A stretch of 64,000 nt of DNA from an uncultured Candidatus Saccharibacteria bacterium (GTDB lineage: Bacteria; Patescibacteriota; Saccharimonadia; Saccharimonadales; CAIOMD01). Under the pieces are notes generated by a model. The model saw nothing but the letters and a program-made list of their open reading frames with translations, was not told where the DNA came from and ran no database searches. Below, piece by piece: positions 18,228 through 27,213 of this stretch. Every line of letters starts with the position of its first letter. Position 1 is the first letter of the stretch. A program made the position numbers and the translations under genes. The stretch is from NCBI GenBank assembly GCA_964566135.1, contig CAZMHM010000001.1:5829-69828 (forward strand). The letters run 5' to 3'.

Positions 18228-18233
18228 GAAGCG

Positions 18234-18659
18234 TCAGATGCTGACGGTCGAGTCAGCCGAGTAGAACGGCTGAAAGTTGCCATAGCGCGTTCTCACCATG
18301 CGGTCGGTGCCAGCGAAGTGCATCCTGAGGATGAGCTCCTTCGAGTTACTGAACTTCCTCAGCCCCTTGGCGTCATAGACGGTTCCGTCGATGTAGTGCT
18401 TGCCGGGGATGGGGGTTCTGGTACCGATGACGAAATCGCGGGAGTGCGGGCCTCGCGGTTCGAGCTGGATGACTCGTTCTTCCACGGTGGCCTGCTCGAA
18501 CCCGAAGCATTCCGCGTTGTCAGGCCGAAGCCCAACCGCGAGCTGTGCATCGAGTCCGTTGACGGTGATGGGCGCTCCTGGAGTCTCACTACCAACGACC
18601 CAAAACCGCACCACGTAGCTGTACGAAGTCTGGGCGTCGATGACCTTGACGGTGTTCAT
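18234..18659 (-). CDS. Hypothetical 141-aa protein in a GC-rich island (orphan)
   Basis: ATG at 18659 with an AAAGG ribosome-binding site and a TATAAT box upstream (plus coordinates ~18720). The product MNTVKVIDAQTSYSYVVRFWVV... has protein-like composition. Four overlapping ORFs in other frames reflect the high GC content. Confidence 0.6.
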   Translation of the reverse strand: MNTVKVIDAQTSYSYVVRFWVVGSETPGAPITVNGLDAQLAVGLRPDNAECFGFEQATVEERVIQLEPRGPHSRDFVIGTRTPIPGKHYIDGTVYDAKGLRKFSNSKELILRMHFAGTDRMVRTRYGNFQPFYSADSTVSI

Positions 18660-18832
18660 GCGATCACGACCTTTGCTATCTTGTCGAAGGTACCTGGGGC
18701 TATGTAGCCTCAAGCTAAGTATATTATAGCATAAGAACAATGAAAAAGCAATATTTGGTATCTGTTACGCACTAGTTCTACGGCATAATATTGCCAAAAT
18801 AGCAATTATTCTAAAATAACACCTAAAAAGTG

Positions 18833-18861
18833 TTGACCTAACAGGGATAATTTGCTACTAT
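18833..18861 (+). promoter_or_regulatory. Sigma70-like promoter, TTGACC-17 nt-TACTAT, for the r-protein operon
   Basis: TTGACC at 18833-18838 and TACTAT at 18856-18861 with a 17-nt spacer. Confidence 0.5.
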
Positions 18862-18886
18862 CTATTGGTATATCAAGAATTTGTTC

Positions 18887-18975
18887 CTTGGTGTGTCGGG
18901 TAAGTCACTGCAATTAACAGCGTGATACTACCGATCACCAAGCATTTTTATGCTCTAGAGGCAGTCGAAGGCCTC
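18887..18975 (+). promoter_or_regulatory. Structured 5' leader of the rplC operon (possible r-protein autoregulatory element)
   Basis: Nested hairpin with outer stem CTTGGTG (18887-18893) / CACCAAG (18936-18942) and inner pairs TCGG/CCGA, GTA/TAC, CAC/GTG. A second hairpin, GAGGC...GCCTC, lies at ~18957-18975. Confidence 0.3.
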
Positions 18976-19007
18976 GGGTACGGGAACGCTAAAAAGAACG
19001 GAGTACT

Positions 19008-19619
19008 ATGAAAGCACTCATTACGAGGAAGGTTGGCATGACCAGCATCATTACTGATGACGGTTCGTTAGTGCCAGTTACCTTGCTTTCCGCTAGTCCC
19101 TGTGTGGTGACACAGGTCAAAACAGCCGAAACCGATGGTTATACGGCTGTTCAGCTTGGTTTCGAAGAAGCCAAGAAGGTCGGCAAAGCCCAAGCCGGTC
19201 ATTTTAAAAAATCGGGCATCACCCCTAAAGTCGTTCGCGAATTCCGCGTCGACGAAATCGAAGAAGGCATCGCAACTGGCGTAAAGCTAGCAGCTGATGT
19301 TTTTGAACTTGGCGATACCGTCCACGTGACTGGTACTAGCAAGGGTAAAGGTTTCGCTGGCACGATTAAGCGACACAACTTTAAGCGTGGTCGTAAGACT
19401 CACGGTGGTCAAAGTTACCGCCGCCCGGGTTCTATCGGCTCAATGTATCCACAAAAAATCTTTAAGGGAAAGCGCATGGCTGGCCAGATGGGTCACGAAC
19501 AAGTTACTGTTCAGAACCTTAAGGTCGCTCTTATCGACACCGAAAACCAAGTTATTGGTCTTATCGGCGCCGTGCCTGGCCCACGCAAAGGCATCATTGT
19601 CGTGAAAGGAGCAAAATAA
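19008..19619 (+). CDS. rplC: 50S ribosomal protein L3
   Basis: KVGMTSI...GKGFAGTIKRHNF signature, plus operon order. Confidence 0.95.
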   Translation: MKALITRKVGMTSIITDDGSLVPVTLLSASPCVVTQVKTAETDGYTAVQLGFEEAKKVGKAQAGHFKKSGITPKVVREFRVDEIEEGIATGVKLAADVFELGDTVHVTGTSKGKGFAGTIKRHNFKRGRKTHGGQSYRRPGSIGSMYPQKIFKGKRMAGQMGHEQVTVQNLKVALIDTENQVIGLIGAVPGPRKGIIVVKGAK

Positions 19620-20254
19620 TGGCTACCTCTACATTTACTGCTAGCGGCACTAAAGCCACAACTGCTGCTTCACTACCAAAGAGCGTGTTTGCAGTCGAAG
19701 TACAAAATCACGACCTATTAAAGGATGCATACCTTGCATACCTAGCTAATGGTCGCGAAAACCTTGCCAAGACGCTAAAGCGTGGCGAGATTAGCGGTGG
19801 TGGTAAAAAACCATGGGCACAAAAAGGCACTGGCCGCGCACGATTCGGTTCTTCACGTAACCCAATCTGGCGTAAAGGTGGTGTTGTATTTGGCCCAAGC
19901 GGTAACGAAAACTACAGCCGTAAACTGAACATTAAAGCAAAGCGCGTCGCATTAAAGCAGGCTTTAACACTTGCCTCTACTAATAAGAGCGTTGTTGTGA
20001 TTGAAGAGTTCAAGACAACCGGTAAAGTTAAAGATACCGTCGCATTATTAAAAAAGATTGGTGCAACCCGTAACACACTACTAGTTGTTAGCGACCTTAG
20101 CGACCAAGTTCGTCAAGCTACTAACAACATTCCAGAAGTTAAAGCAGTATTTGCCCGTAATCTTAATGTCTATGAAATCATGAACGCCGACACGATTGTT
20201 CTTACTAAGAAGTCTGTCGAAATTATTGATGCATGGCTTGGGGAGGCAAAATAA
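19619..20254 (+). CDS. rplD: 50S ribosomal protein L4
   Basis: GGGKKPWAQKGTGRARFGS signature. ATG overlaps the rplC stop. Confidence 0.95.
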   Translation: MATSTFTASGTKATTAASLPKSVFAVEVQNHDLLKDAYLAYLANGRENLAKTLKRGEISGGGKKPWAQKGTGRARFGSSRNPIWRKGGVVFGPSGNENYSRKLNIKAKRVALKQALTLASTNKSVVVIEEFKTTGKVKDTVALLKKIGATRNTLLVVSDLSDQVRQATNNIPEVKAVFARNLNVYEIMNADTIVLTKKSVEIIDAWLGEAK

Positions 20255-20568
20255 TGAGCTTTGTACTATACCCACGTGTTAGCGAAAAGGCATATGCCCA
20301 CGCAACTAACCTTAATACCTATGTATTTAATGTGCCATTATCGGCAAATAAGATTGAAGTAAAAAAGCTGGTTGAAAGCCAATACAACGTTACGGTCGAG
20401 ACCGTAAACATGGTTCGTATGGCTGGTAAAGCGGTAAACCGCGCAGTTAACAACCGTGGTACTCGTACCCGTGGCAAGCGTAATGACTTTAAAAAAGCCT
20501 ACGTTACTGTTACTCAGGGTCAAACCATTCCAGTATTTGCAGCTTCAGAAGAAGAAGGTGAAAACTAA
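20254..20568 (+). CDS. rplW: 50S ribosomal protein L23
   Basis: MSFVLYPRVSEKAY... The start is in a TAATG overlap with the rplD stop; the ORF-track start at 20233 is an upstream extension. Confidence 0.9.
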   Translation: MSFVLYPRVSEKAYAHATNLNTYVFNVPLSANKIEVKKLVESQYNVTVETVNMVRMAGKAVNRAVNNRGTRTRGKRNDFKKAYVTVTQGQTIPVFAASEEEGEN

Positions 20569-21410
20569 TGGCTATTAAGACCCTCAACCCAACCACACCT
20601 GGCCGACGTGGCATGACCACCCAGGACTTTGGAGACATCACTTCAAAGAACAAGCCCGTAAAGAGTCTTATTAAGATTAAGAAGGGTTCTGTCGGACGAA
20701 ACAACCAAGGTCGCATTACTACCCGTCATCGTGGTGGTGGTGTTCGCCGCTACTACCGCTTGGTTAACTTCAAGCTCGCAGCTGGCACGACCGCAACTAT
20801 CGAAGCAATCGAATACGATCCTAACCGTTCGGCTCGCATTGCTCGTATTAAAGACCAAGACAATCAGTACCACTACATCATTGCTGCACAAGGTATGGCT
20901 GTTGGCCAAACCATTACAAGTGGCGAAGAAGCACCTGTAGAAAACGGTAACCGTCTCCCATTAAAGAACATTCCAACTGGTAGCACGATTTATGCTATCG
21001 AACTTCAGCCAGGCCGTGGCGCCCAAATGGTTCGCAGTGCTGGTAACGGCGCGCAACTTCTTGCAAAAGAAGGCGAATACGCACAGGTTAAATTGCCTAG
21101 CGGTGAAGTTCGTTTAGTACATGTTGAATGTACTGCACAAATCGGAACTGTCGGTAACGCACAGCACCAAAACGTAAAGATTGGTAAAGCCGGACGCAAT
21201 CGCAAACTCGGTAAGCGCCCATCTGTTCGTGGTGTTGTTATGAATGCAGTTGATCACCCACACGGTGGTGGTGACGGTGGTCGTCACCGAATGGCTAAGG
21301 CCCCTCGTACGCCTTGGGGTCAGAAGACTCTTGGCTACAAGACTCGCCGCCGTAAAGTTACTAATTCGTTTATCGTTAAGAGCCGTCATCAGGCTAAGAG
21401 GAGAGGTTAA
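20568..21410 (+). CDS. rplB: 50S ribosomal protein L2
   Basis: [16 protein letters not shown] and [11 protein letters not shown] signatures. Confidence 0.97.
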   Translation: MAIKTLNPTTPGRRGMTTQDFGDITSKNKPVKSLIKIKKGSVGRNNQGRITTRHRGGGVRRYYRLVNFKLAAGTTATIEAIEYDPNRSARIARIKDQDNQYHYIIAAQGMAVGQTITSGEEAPVENGNRLPLKNIPTGSTIYAIELQPGRGAQMVRSAGNGAQLLAKEGEYAQVKLPSGEVRLVHVECTAQIGTVGNAQHQNVKIGKAGRNRKLGKRPSVRGVVMNAVDHPHGGGDGGRHRMAKAPRTPWGQKTLGYKTRRRKVTNSFIVKSRHQAKRRG

Positions 21411-21412
21411 TT

Positions 21413-21682
21413 ATGAGTCGTTCACTTAAGAAAGGCCCATTCATTGATCCTAAGCTTGCCAAGAAAGTGGCGGCTTTGGGTAATGAAGACCGTACCATCA
21501 TCAAAACATGGGCACGTGCTTCTACGATTTCACCAGATTTTGTCGGTAAGACAATCGCTGTACACAACGGTCGAGTACACGTTCCGGTGTTCGTAACAGA
21601 AAACATGGTTGGACATAAACTCGGTGAGTTTAGCCCAACTCGTAAGTTCCGCACACATGGCGGAAAATTGGCTAAGAAATAG
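21413..21682 (+). CDS. rpsS: 30S ribosomal protein S19
   Basis: [11 protein letters not shown]...[23 protein letters not shown]. Confidence 0.97.
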   Translation: MSRSLKKGPFIDPKLAKKVAALGNEDRTIIKTWARASTISPDFVGKTIAVHNGRVHVPVFVTENMVGHKLGEFSPTRKFRTHGGKLAKK

Positions 21683-21693
21683 GAGCGAATGAT

Positions 21694-22107
21694 ATGCCTG
21701 TACAAGCTATAGCAAAAGGTGTTCGCATGAGTCCACGTAAAGTGGGCGTCGTTGCCGCTCTTGTTCGTGGTCGCACCGTAGCAGATGCTCTAGTAATCCT
21801 AGAACACACGCCACGCCGTAGCGCCGAGCCAGTTGCTAAGGTTATTGCAAGTGCACGTGCTAACGCCGAGCACAACCATGGCCTTAAGCCAGACACCCTA
21901 AAGATTGTTGAAATAAGTGTTTCACCTGGCCAACGCCTAAAGCGTTATCGCCCAGCGGCACGTGGTCGCGCTAATCCGTTCCAACGACGTACTAGCCACA
22001 TCCGTGTTGTAGTAGATGGTGAAGCTCGCGTTGCTAAAAAAGTTGCCGAAAAGAAAGCCGACGCTAAGTCAGCTGACAAGCCAGCAGCTAAGAAGGAGGC
22101 CAAGTAA
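21694..22107 (+). CDS. rplV: 50S ribosomal protein L22 with a Lys/Ala-rich C-terminal tail
   Basis: RMSPRKVGVVAALVRG core, followed by the tail AKKVAEKKADAKSADKPAAKKEAK. Confidence 0.95.
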   Translation: MPVQAIAKGVRMSPRKVGVVAALVRGRTVADALVILEHTPRRSAEPVAKVIASARANAEHNHGLKPDTLKIVEISVSPGQRLKRYRPAARGRANPFQRRTSHIRVVVDGEARVAKKVAEKKADAKSADKPAAKKEAK

Positions 22108-22736
22108 TGGGTCAAAAAGTAAATCCTATTAGCATGCGCCTCCAAGTCAATAAGGATTGGCGCAGCAAATGGTTTGCACCTAAAAAGGATTATGCAAACT
22201 ATCTTACTCAAGATTTGTCGGTTCGCCGCATGATTGATAAGAAAATCGGTTCACGTGGTGCTATCAACAAAGTTGATATCGAACGTTCACCAAACATGGT
22301 TACCGTAACTATTCACACCGCTAAGGCTGGTGTTGTAATCGGTCGCGGTGGCTCTGGCGCACAAGAACTTAAAGCTGCAATCGAAAAGATCTACGGCACA
22401 CAAGTTCGCGTCAACATCGAAGAAGTTAAAAAGCCAGAACTCCAAGCGAAATTGGTTGCCGAAAACATCGCTAACCAACTAGAGCGCCGTATTGCGTTCC
22501 GCCGAGCTATCAAAAGCTCAGCTGGTGCAACAATGCGTGCCGGAGCTAAGGGTATTCGTATCGAAGTAGCTGGTCGTTTAAACGGTGCTGAAATGTCACG
22601 CCGCGAAAAGACTATCGAAGGCTCAGTGCCTTTGCACACACTTCGTGCAGATATTGATTACGGATATGTCCGTGCCAAGACTATTACCGGTATTATCGGC
22701 GTTAAGGTATGGATATACAAAGGGGAGGTAGCGTAA
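22107..22736 (+). CDS. rpsC: 30S ribosomal protein S3
   Basis: [12 protein letters not shown]... with a KH domain (GVVIGRGG). Confidence 0.97.
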   Translation: MGQKVNPISMRLQVNKDWRSKWFAPKKDYANYLTQDLSVRRMIDKKIGSRGAINKVDIERSPNMVTVTIHTAKAGVVIGRGGSGAQELKAAIEKIYGTQVRVNIEEVKKPELQAKLVAENIANQLERRIAFRRAIKSSAGATMRAGAKGIRIEVAGRLNGAEMSRREKTIEGSVPLHTLRADIDYGYVRAKTITGIIGVKVWIYKGEVA

Positions 22737-22737
22737 G

Positions 22738-23154
22738 ATGTTGCTCCCTAACAAAATGAAGCACCGAAAGGTGTTCAAGGGCAAAGTTCGTGGTGTTGCA
22801 ACCCGTGGCGATTACATCGCTCACGGTACATTCGCTTTACAATCACTCGGTAACGAGCGCATTACAAGCCGCCAAATCGAATCTGCTCGTCAGGCGATGA
22901 CCCGCTATATCAAGCGTGGTGGTCAAATTTGGATTCGCGTATTTCCACACACCCCAGTTACCCGCAAGCCACAAGATGTGAAAATGGGTAGCGGTAAGGG
23001 TAGCCCAGAGTTTTTTGTAGCCAAGGTTAAGGCCGGCACTATCTTGTTTGAGATGGCTGACGTAACCGAAGAGCAAGCTCGCGAAGCTATGCGTCTTGCG
23101 GCTCACAAATTACCAGTACGTACTAAGTTTATTACTCGTGAGGAGACAAACTAA
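22738..23154 (+). CDS. rplP: 50S ribosomal protein L16
   Basis: [15 protein letters not shown]...RMGSGKG-like signature. Confidence 0.97.
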   Translation: MLLPNKMKHRKVFKGKVRGVATRGDYIAHGTFALQSLGNERITSRQIESARQAMTRYIKRGGQIWIRVFPHTPVTRKPQDVKMGSGKGSPEFFVAKVKAGTILFEMADVTEEQAREAMRLAAHKLPVRTKFITREETN

Positions 23155-23393
23155 TGGCAACTGCAAAGAAACCCGCTAGCAAAGCTCCTGCGAAAGCTGT
23201 TGATATCAAGACGTTAACCAGTGCCGAGCTTGCTGCTAAAGCAACCGAAATCCGCCTAGAGGCAGTCGCCTTAAAGCGTGGCACGCGTGAAGGCAATGTA
23301 CAAAACGTACGTGCGTACAGCGCAAAGCGTCGTGAATTAGCACGTGTGTTAACAGCCCAGAATGCTCAAAAAGCAGAAGGGAAGGAGAAGTAA
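23154..23393 (+). CDS. rpmC: 50S ribosomal protein L29 with a Lys/Ala-rich N-terminal extension
   Basis: LTSAELAAKATEIRLEAVALK...NVRAYSAKRRELARV. Operon position supports the call. Confidence 0.85.
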   Translation: MATAKKPASKAPAKAVDIKTLTSAELAAKATEIRLEAVALKRGTREGNVQNVRAYSAKRRELARVLTAQNAQKAEGKEK

Positions 23394-23394
23394 G

Positions 23395-23670
23395 ATGGCT
23401 CGTACACTTACCGGAGAGGTGTCTAGCGACAAGGGCGATAAGACTATTGTTGTTAAAATCCAGACTCGCAAGACCCATCCTATATATAAGAAGCAGTATT
23501 CTGTAACTAAGAAGTTCATGGCGCATGACGAAAAGAACGAAGCTCACGTAGGTGACAAAGTTCAGATTTCTGAAAGCCGCCCATTAAGCGCTCGCAAGCG
23601 ATGGACTCTTGTTTCAGTACTAGAAACTGCCCACGTTAAGCATGTCGAAGCAGAAGGAGAGGAAGCGTAA
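23395..23670 (+). CDS. rpsQ: 30S ribosomal protein S17
   Basis: [33 protein letters not shown]. The ATG at 23395 follows GGAGAAG; the ORF-track start at 23362 overlaps rpmC. Confidence 0.93.
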   Translation: MARTLTGEVSSDKGDKTIVVKIQTRKTHPIYKKQYSVTKKFMAHDEKNEAHVGDKVQISESRPLSARKRWTLVSVLETAHVKHVEAEGEEA

Positions 23671-24038
23671 TGATTCAGCAAGAATCACGCCTCGGTGTCT
23701 GTGACAACAGCGGTGCAAAAGAAATTTTGTGTATCCGCGTGCTCGGTGGCACCCGCCGCCGTTATGCACACGTTGGTGACGTGATCGTGGCTACAGTTAA
23801 GCAGGCTAATCCTGCTGGTACCGTTAAAAAGAAGCAAGTTGTGAAAGCTGTCGTTGTACGCACCACCAATACGATTCGTCGTAAAGATGGTTCTACAATC
23901 AAGTTTGACGATAATGCGGCAGTAATTATCGGTGACGATAAATTACCTAAGGCTACCCGTATCTTCGGGCCAGTTCCTCGCGAACTGCGTGAACTTGGCT
24001 ACGCCAAAATTATTAGCCTTGCACCGGAGGTCCTATAA
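23670..24038 (+). CDS. rplN: 50S ribosomal protein L14
   Basis: [18 protein letters not shown]... Confidence 0.97.
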   Translation: MIQQESRLGVCDNSGAKEILCIRVLGGTRRRYAHVGDVIVATVKQANPAGTVKKKQVVKAVVVRTTNTIRRKDGSTIKFDDNAAVIIGDDKLPKATRIFGPVPRELRELGYAKIISLAPEVL

Positions 24039-24373
24039 TGAGCGAAACTAAAATCTTTAAGATTCGCCTTAAAAAGGGTGACACTGTCGTGGTTCGCTCG
24101 GGCAAGTACAAGGGTAAGACTGGTGTTATCACCGCTGTCCACCCACAAGAAAACAAGGTTACCGTAGAAGGTATCAATGTTGTTAAGAAGCACCAAAAAC
24201 CAACCCAAACGCACCCACAGGGCGGTATTGTAGAAATTACCAAGCCAATCTGGGTTGCTAAGGTAGGTATTGTTGACCCAGCTACTAAAAAAGCTGCTCG
24301 TGTTGCATACAGCACCGACAAAGATGGTAAGAAAATACGCGTTATCGCTAAGACTAAGAAGGAGATTAAGTAA
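24038..24373 (+). CDS. rplX: 50S ribosomal protein L24
   Basis: KKGDTVVVRSGKYKGKTG, a KOW motif. Confidence 0.95.
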   Translation: MSETKIFKIRLKKGDTVVVRSGKYKGKTGVITAVHPQENKVTVEGINVVKKHQKPTQTHPQGGIVEITKPIWVAKVGIVDPATKKAARVAYSTDKDGKKIRVIAKTKKEIK

Positions 24374-24960
24374 TGGCTACCGCAAAAACCACTGCTACTG
24401 CTAGCACTACTCGCTTCAAAGACGCGTATAACAGCACGTATAAGCAAGAATTGCTAAAAGAGCTAAACCTCACCAACCCACATCAAGTTCCAAAACTTGA
24501 AAAGATTGTTATCAACGTTGGTCTTGGTAAAGCTAAAGACGATAAGAAAATGATGGAAGTTGCAACCAATACTCTTCGTAAGATTACTGGCCAACAACCT
24601 GTACAGACTACTGCACGCCTCAGCATCGCTGCATTTAAGCTTCGCGAAGGCAACAAGATTGGCCTTAAGGTCACCTTGCGCGGCAATAACATGTACGAAT
24701 TTGCCGATCGTCTTATTACTATCGTATTACCACGTCTTCGTGACTTCCATGGTGTACCAAAAGGTGCATTTGATAAGCAAGGCAACTATAGCCTTGGCAT
24801 CAAAGATCAGTCTGTTTTCCCAGAGCTTAGCTTCGAGGAAACAACTACCCTCCATGGTATGCAAGTTAATTTCGTAATAAGTAACGCCAAGGATGCCGAC
24901 CAAGCTCGAGCTTTGCTCACTAAGTTTGGCATGCCATTCGAGAAAGAAAGGAAGGCCTAA
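24373..24960 (+). CDS. rplE: 50S ribosomal protein L5
   Basis: [14 protein letters not shown]...RDFHG signatures. Confidence 0.96.
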   Translation: MATAKTTATASTTRFKDAYNSTYKQELLKELNLTNPHQVPKLEKIVINVGLGKAKDDKKMMEVATNTLRKITGQQPVQTTARLSIAAFKLREGNKIGLKVTLRGNNMYEFADRLITIVLPRLRDFHGVPKGAFDKQGNYSLGIKDQSVFPELSFEETTTLHGMQVNFVISNAKDADQARALLTKFGMPFEKERKA

Positions 24961-24965
24961 GACTT

Positions 24966-25235
24966 ATGGCAAAGAAATCAAGTATTGTCCGTGACGAAAA
25001 GCGCCGACGTATGCACGCCCAGTACGCTGCAAAGCGTGCAGAGCTTAAGGCTCTTGGCGATGCAGAAGGACTAGCTAAGTTACCACGTAACTCTAGCCCA
25101 ACCCGTCTAAAGAACCGCTGTAGCGAGACCGGTCGTCCTCGCGCTTTCATGCGAACATTCGGCCTTAGCCGTCTAAGTTTCCGTGAACATGCAAGCAAGG
25201 GAGAAATCCCTGGTGTAACGAAGTCGAGCTGGTAA
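24966..25235 (+). CDS. rpsN: 30S ribosomal protein S14 (long form, only one Cys)
   Basis: [40 protein letters not shown]-terminus. Confidence 0.93.
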   Translation: MAKKSSIVRDEKRRRMHAQYAAKRAELKALGDAEGLAKLPRNSSPTRLKNRCSETGRPRAFMRTFGLSRLSFREHASKGEIPGVTKSSW

Positions 25236-25245
25236 AGGAGCATAT

Positions 25246-25647
25246 ATGTCATTAGTATCTACAGACCCAATCGCAGATATGCTTACCCGAATCCGCAACG
25301 CCGTTGCCGTTCGTAAGAACGAAGTAAGCATGCCACATAGCAAAATCAAGCAAACTGTTGCAGAAGTTTTGGCTAAGAACAAGTTCGTACAAAAGGTAGA
25401 AGTTACCGGTGAAGGCGGTTTTAAGACACTTAAAATCGTTATCAACGAGGCCGACACCAATGCGCGAATCACCGAAATCAACCGTCTTAGCAAGCCTGGA
25501 CGCCGCTGGTACGTAAGTGCAAGCGAAATCCCAGCTGTTAAGCATGGTCGCGGTATCGTCGTTATCAGCACTAGCAAAGGTATCATGACTGGTGCCGAAG
25601 CTAAGCAAGCTGGTCTTGGCGGTGAATTAATTTGTAAAGTTTATTAA
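25246..25647 (+). CDS. rpsH: 30S ribosomal protein S8
   Basis: DPIADMLTRIRNA signature. Confidence 0.97.
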   Translation: MSLVSTDPIADMLTRIRNAVAVRKNEVSMPHSKIKQTVAEVLAKNKFVQKVEVTGEGGFKTLKIVINEADTNARITEINRLSKPGRRWYVSASEIPAVKHGRGIVVISTSKGIMTGAEAKQAGLGGELICKVY

Positions 25648-25664
25648 AGCAAGAGGATAACTAA

Positions 25665-26204
25665 ATGAGTCGAGTAGGAAAACTACCAATCGCAGTACCG
25701 AGCGGTGTGACAATCACTGTCGACGATGATTTTGTGACTGTAACAGGTCCCAAAGGCACGTTGAAGCAGTTCACAGTCCCTGGTATTAGCTACAAGCTAG
25801 AAGACGGCGAATTTGTACTTACGCGTGAAAGCGATGTGCAATTACACCGTGCAAACCACGGCCTTATGCGTGCACTAGTCAACAACATGGTTGTTGGAGT
25901 CACCACAGGGTTTACTAAGAAGCTAGAAATCAACGGTGTTGGTTATCGTGCAGCCATGGAAGGTAACAAAGTTAAATTCCAACTTGGCTATAGCCATGAT
26001 ATTTTGTTCCCAATTCCCGAAGGTATCAAGATTGAAATCGAACAGAACGTCGTTAACGTTTCTGGTATTTCAAAGCAACAAGTTGGCCAAGTAGCTGCCG
26101 AAATTCGTGCACTACGCAAGCCAGAACCTTACAAGGGTAAAGGTATTAAGTATTCAGATGAACGCATCATTCGTAAGAGTGGTAAATCAGGAAAGGACAA
26201 GTAG
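25665..26204 (+). CDS. rplF: 50S ribosomal protein L6
   Basis: SRVGKLPIAVPSGV...YKGKGIKY signatures. Confidence 0.97.
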   Translation: MSRVGKLPIAVPSGVTITVDDDFVTVTGPKGTLKQFTVPGISYKLEDGEFVLTRESDVQLHRANHGLMRALVNNMVVGVTTGFTKKLEINGVGYRAAMEGNKVKFQLGYSHDILFPIPEGIKIEIEQNVVNVSGISKQQVGQVAAEIRALRKPEPYKGKGIKYSDERIIRKSGKSGKDK

Positions 26205-26213
26205 GAGTAAGGT

Positions 26214-26567
26214 ATGAACCGAAATCTTAAGAAAGTACAGAACCTGAAGCTCCGAAAGAATCGCGTACGTAGCACCGTTAGTGGTACTGCCGAGCGTCCT
26301 CGCTTGAGCGTCAGCGTAAGCAACCTGCACGTTAGTGCACAAATTATTGACGATGAAAAAGGTGTAACACTAGCTTCTGCCACAACTGTTGGCCAAAAGC
26401 TTACTGGTACCCTCACCGATAAAGCTACTATTATCGGTACCGAAATCGCTAAGAATGCTAAAAAGGCTAAGGTAAGCAAGGTCGTTTTTGATCGCAATGG
26501 TCGTTTGTACCATGGTCGTGTTAAAGCACTTGCCGATGCTGCCCGTGCCGAAGGTCTGGAGTTTTAA
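26214..26567 (+). CDS. rplR: 50S ribosomal protein L18
   Basis: [20 protein letters not shown]...[20 protein letters not shown]. Confidence 0.95.
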   Translation: MNRNLKKVQNLKLRKNRVRSTVSGTAERPRLSVSVSNLHVSAQIIDDEKGVTLASATTVGQKLTGTLTDKATIIGTEIAKNAKKAKVSKVVFDRNGRLYHGRVKALADAARAEGLEF

Positions 26568-26569
26568 TT

Positions 26570-27211
26570 ATGCAGCCACGTAAAGACAATCGCCGCGATA
26601 ATCGCCGTGACAAACCAGAAGAAGAAAAGCAATTTGACGAGCGAGTAATCAACGTCGACCGCGTTGCCCGTGTGGTAAAAGGTGGCCGTCGCTTCCGTTT
26701 CCGCGCTCTCGTTGTTGTTGGTGACCGTAAAGGTCGTTTAGGTATCGGTATTGCAAAGGGTGCAGACGTTACAACCGCAGTTAGCAAGGCTGTTGATGTT
26801 GCTAAAAAGCACATGTTCGAAATTGTTAACTACAAGGGATCTATCCCTCACGAAGTACAAGCCAAGGTTGGTGGAAGTAACATTCTTATCAAGCCTGCTA
26901 GCGCTGGTACTGGTCTTATCGCCGGTGGTGTTGTACGCACTATCCTCGAAGTAGGTGGTATCAGCAACGCACTTAGCAAGTCACTTGGTTCAACTAACAA
27001 GGTTAATACTGCCTATGCAACACTAGAGGCTCTACAGCAACTAGTTCCTGCAAAGGATTGGGTTGTTAAGCCTGCTAAATCAGCTAAGCCAGCAACAAAG
27101 ACTGTTTCAGAAGCTAAGCTCGAAAAAGCAGCTCCAGCTGCTAAGCCTGCAGCAAAAGCAGCGCCTAAGGCAAAACCTGCTGCTAAAAAGGCAGTAAAGG
27201 CGGAGAAGTAA
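26570..27211 (+). CDS. rpsE: 30S ribosomal protein S5 with a Lys/Ala/Pro-rich C-terminal tail
   Basis: VDRVARVVKGGRRFRFRALVVVGD core, followed by the tail KPAKSAKPATK...AAKPAAKAAPKAKPAAKKAVKAEK. Confidence 0.95.
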   Translation: MQPRKDNRRDNRRDKPEEEKQFDERVINVDRVARVVKGGRRFRFRALVVVGDRKGRLGIGIAKGADVTTAVSKAVDVAKKHMFEIVNYKGSIPHEVQAKVGGSNILIKPASAGTGLIAGGVVRTILEVGGISNALSKSLGSTNKVNTAYATLEALQQLVPAKDWVVKPAKSAKPATKTVSEAKLEKAAPAAKPAAKAAPKAKPAAKKAVKAEK

Positions 27212-27213
27212 TC

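Noticed and set aside
16600-18230. Group II intron
   Set aside because: The RT is only 325 aa with no maturase or endonuclease extension. There is no GUGYG 5' end, and no domain V/VI-like structure follows the ORF, where a plain hairpin is followed by unrelated DNA.
18318-18707. Plus-strand ORFs 18318-18707 and 18400-18618, and minus-strand ORF 18359-18595, overlapping the 141-aa gene
   Set aside because: They are a high-GC artefact. Only the 18659-18234 frame has a ribosome-binding site, a promoter, a terminator and protein-like composition.
16600-18760. Diversity-generating retroelement (DGR)
   Set aside because: No template/variable repeat pair was found. The 3' end of the 141-aa gene shows no similarity to 16635-17125. 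The RT motif 4 is LSPYLFN rather than the DGR-type SQ-containing motif.
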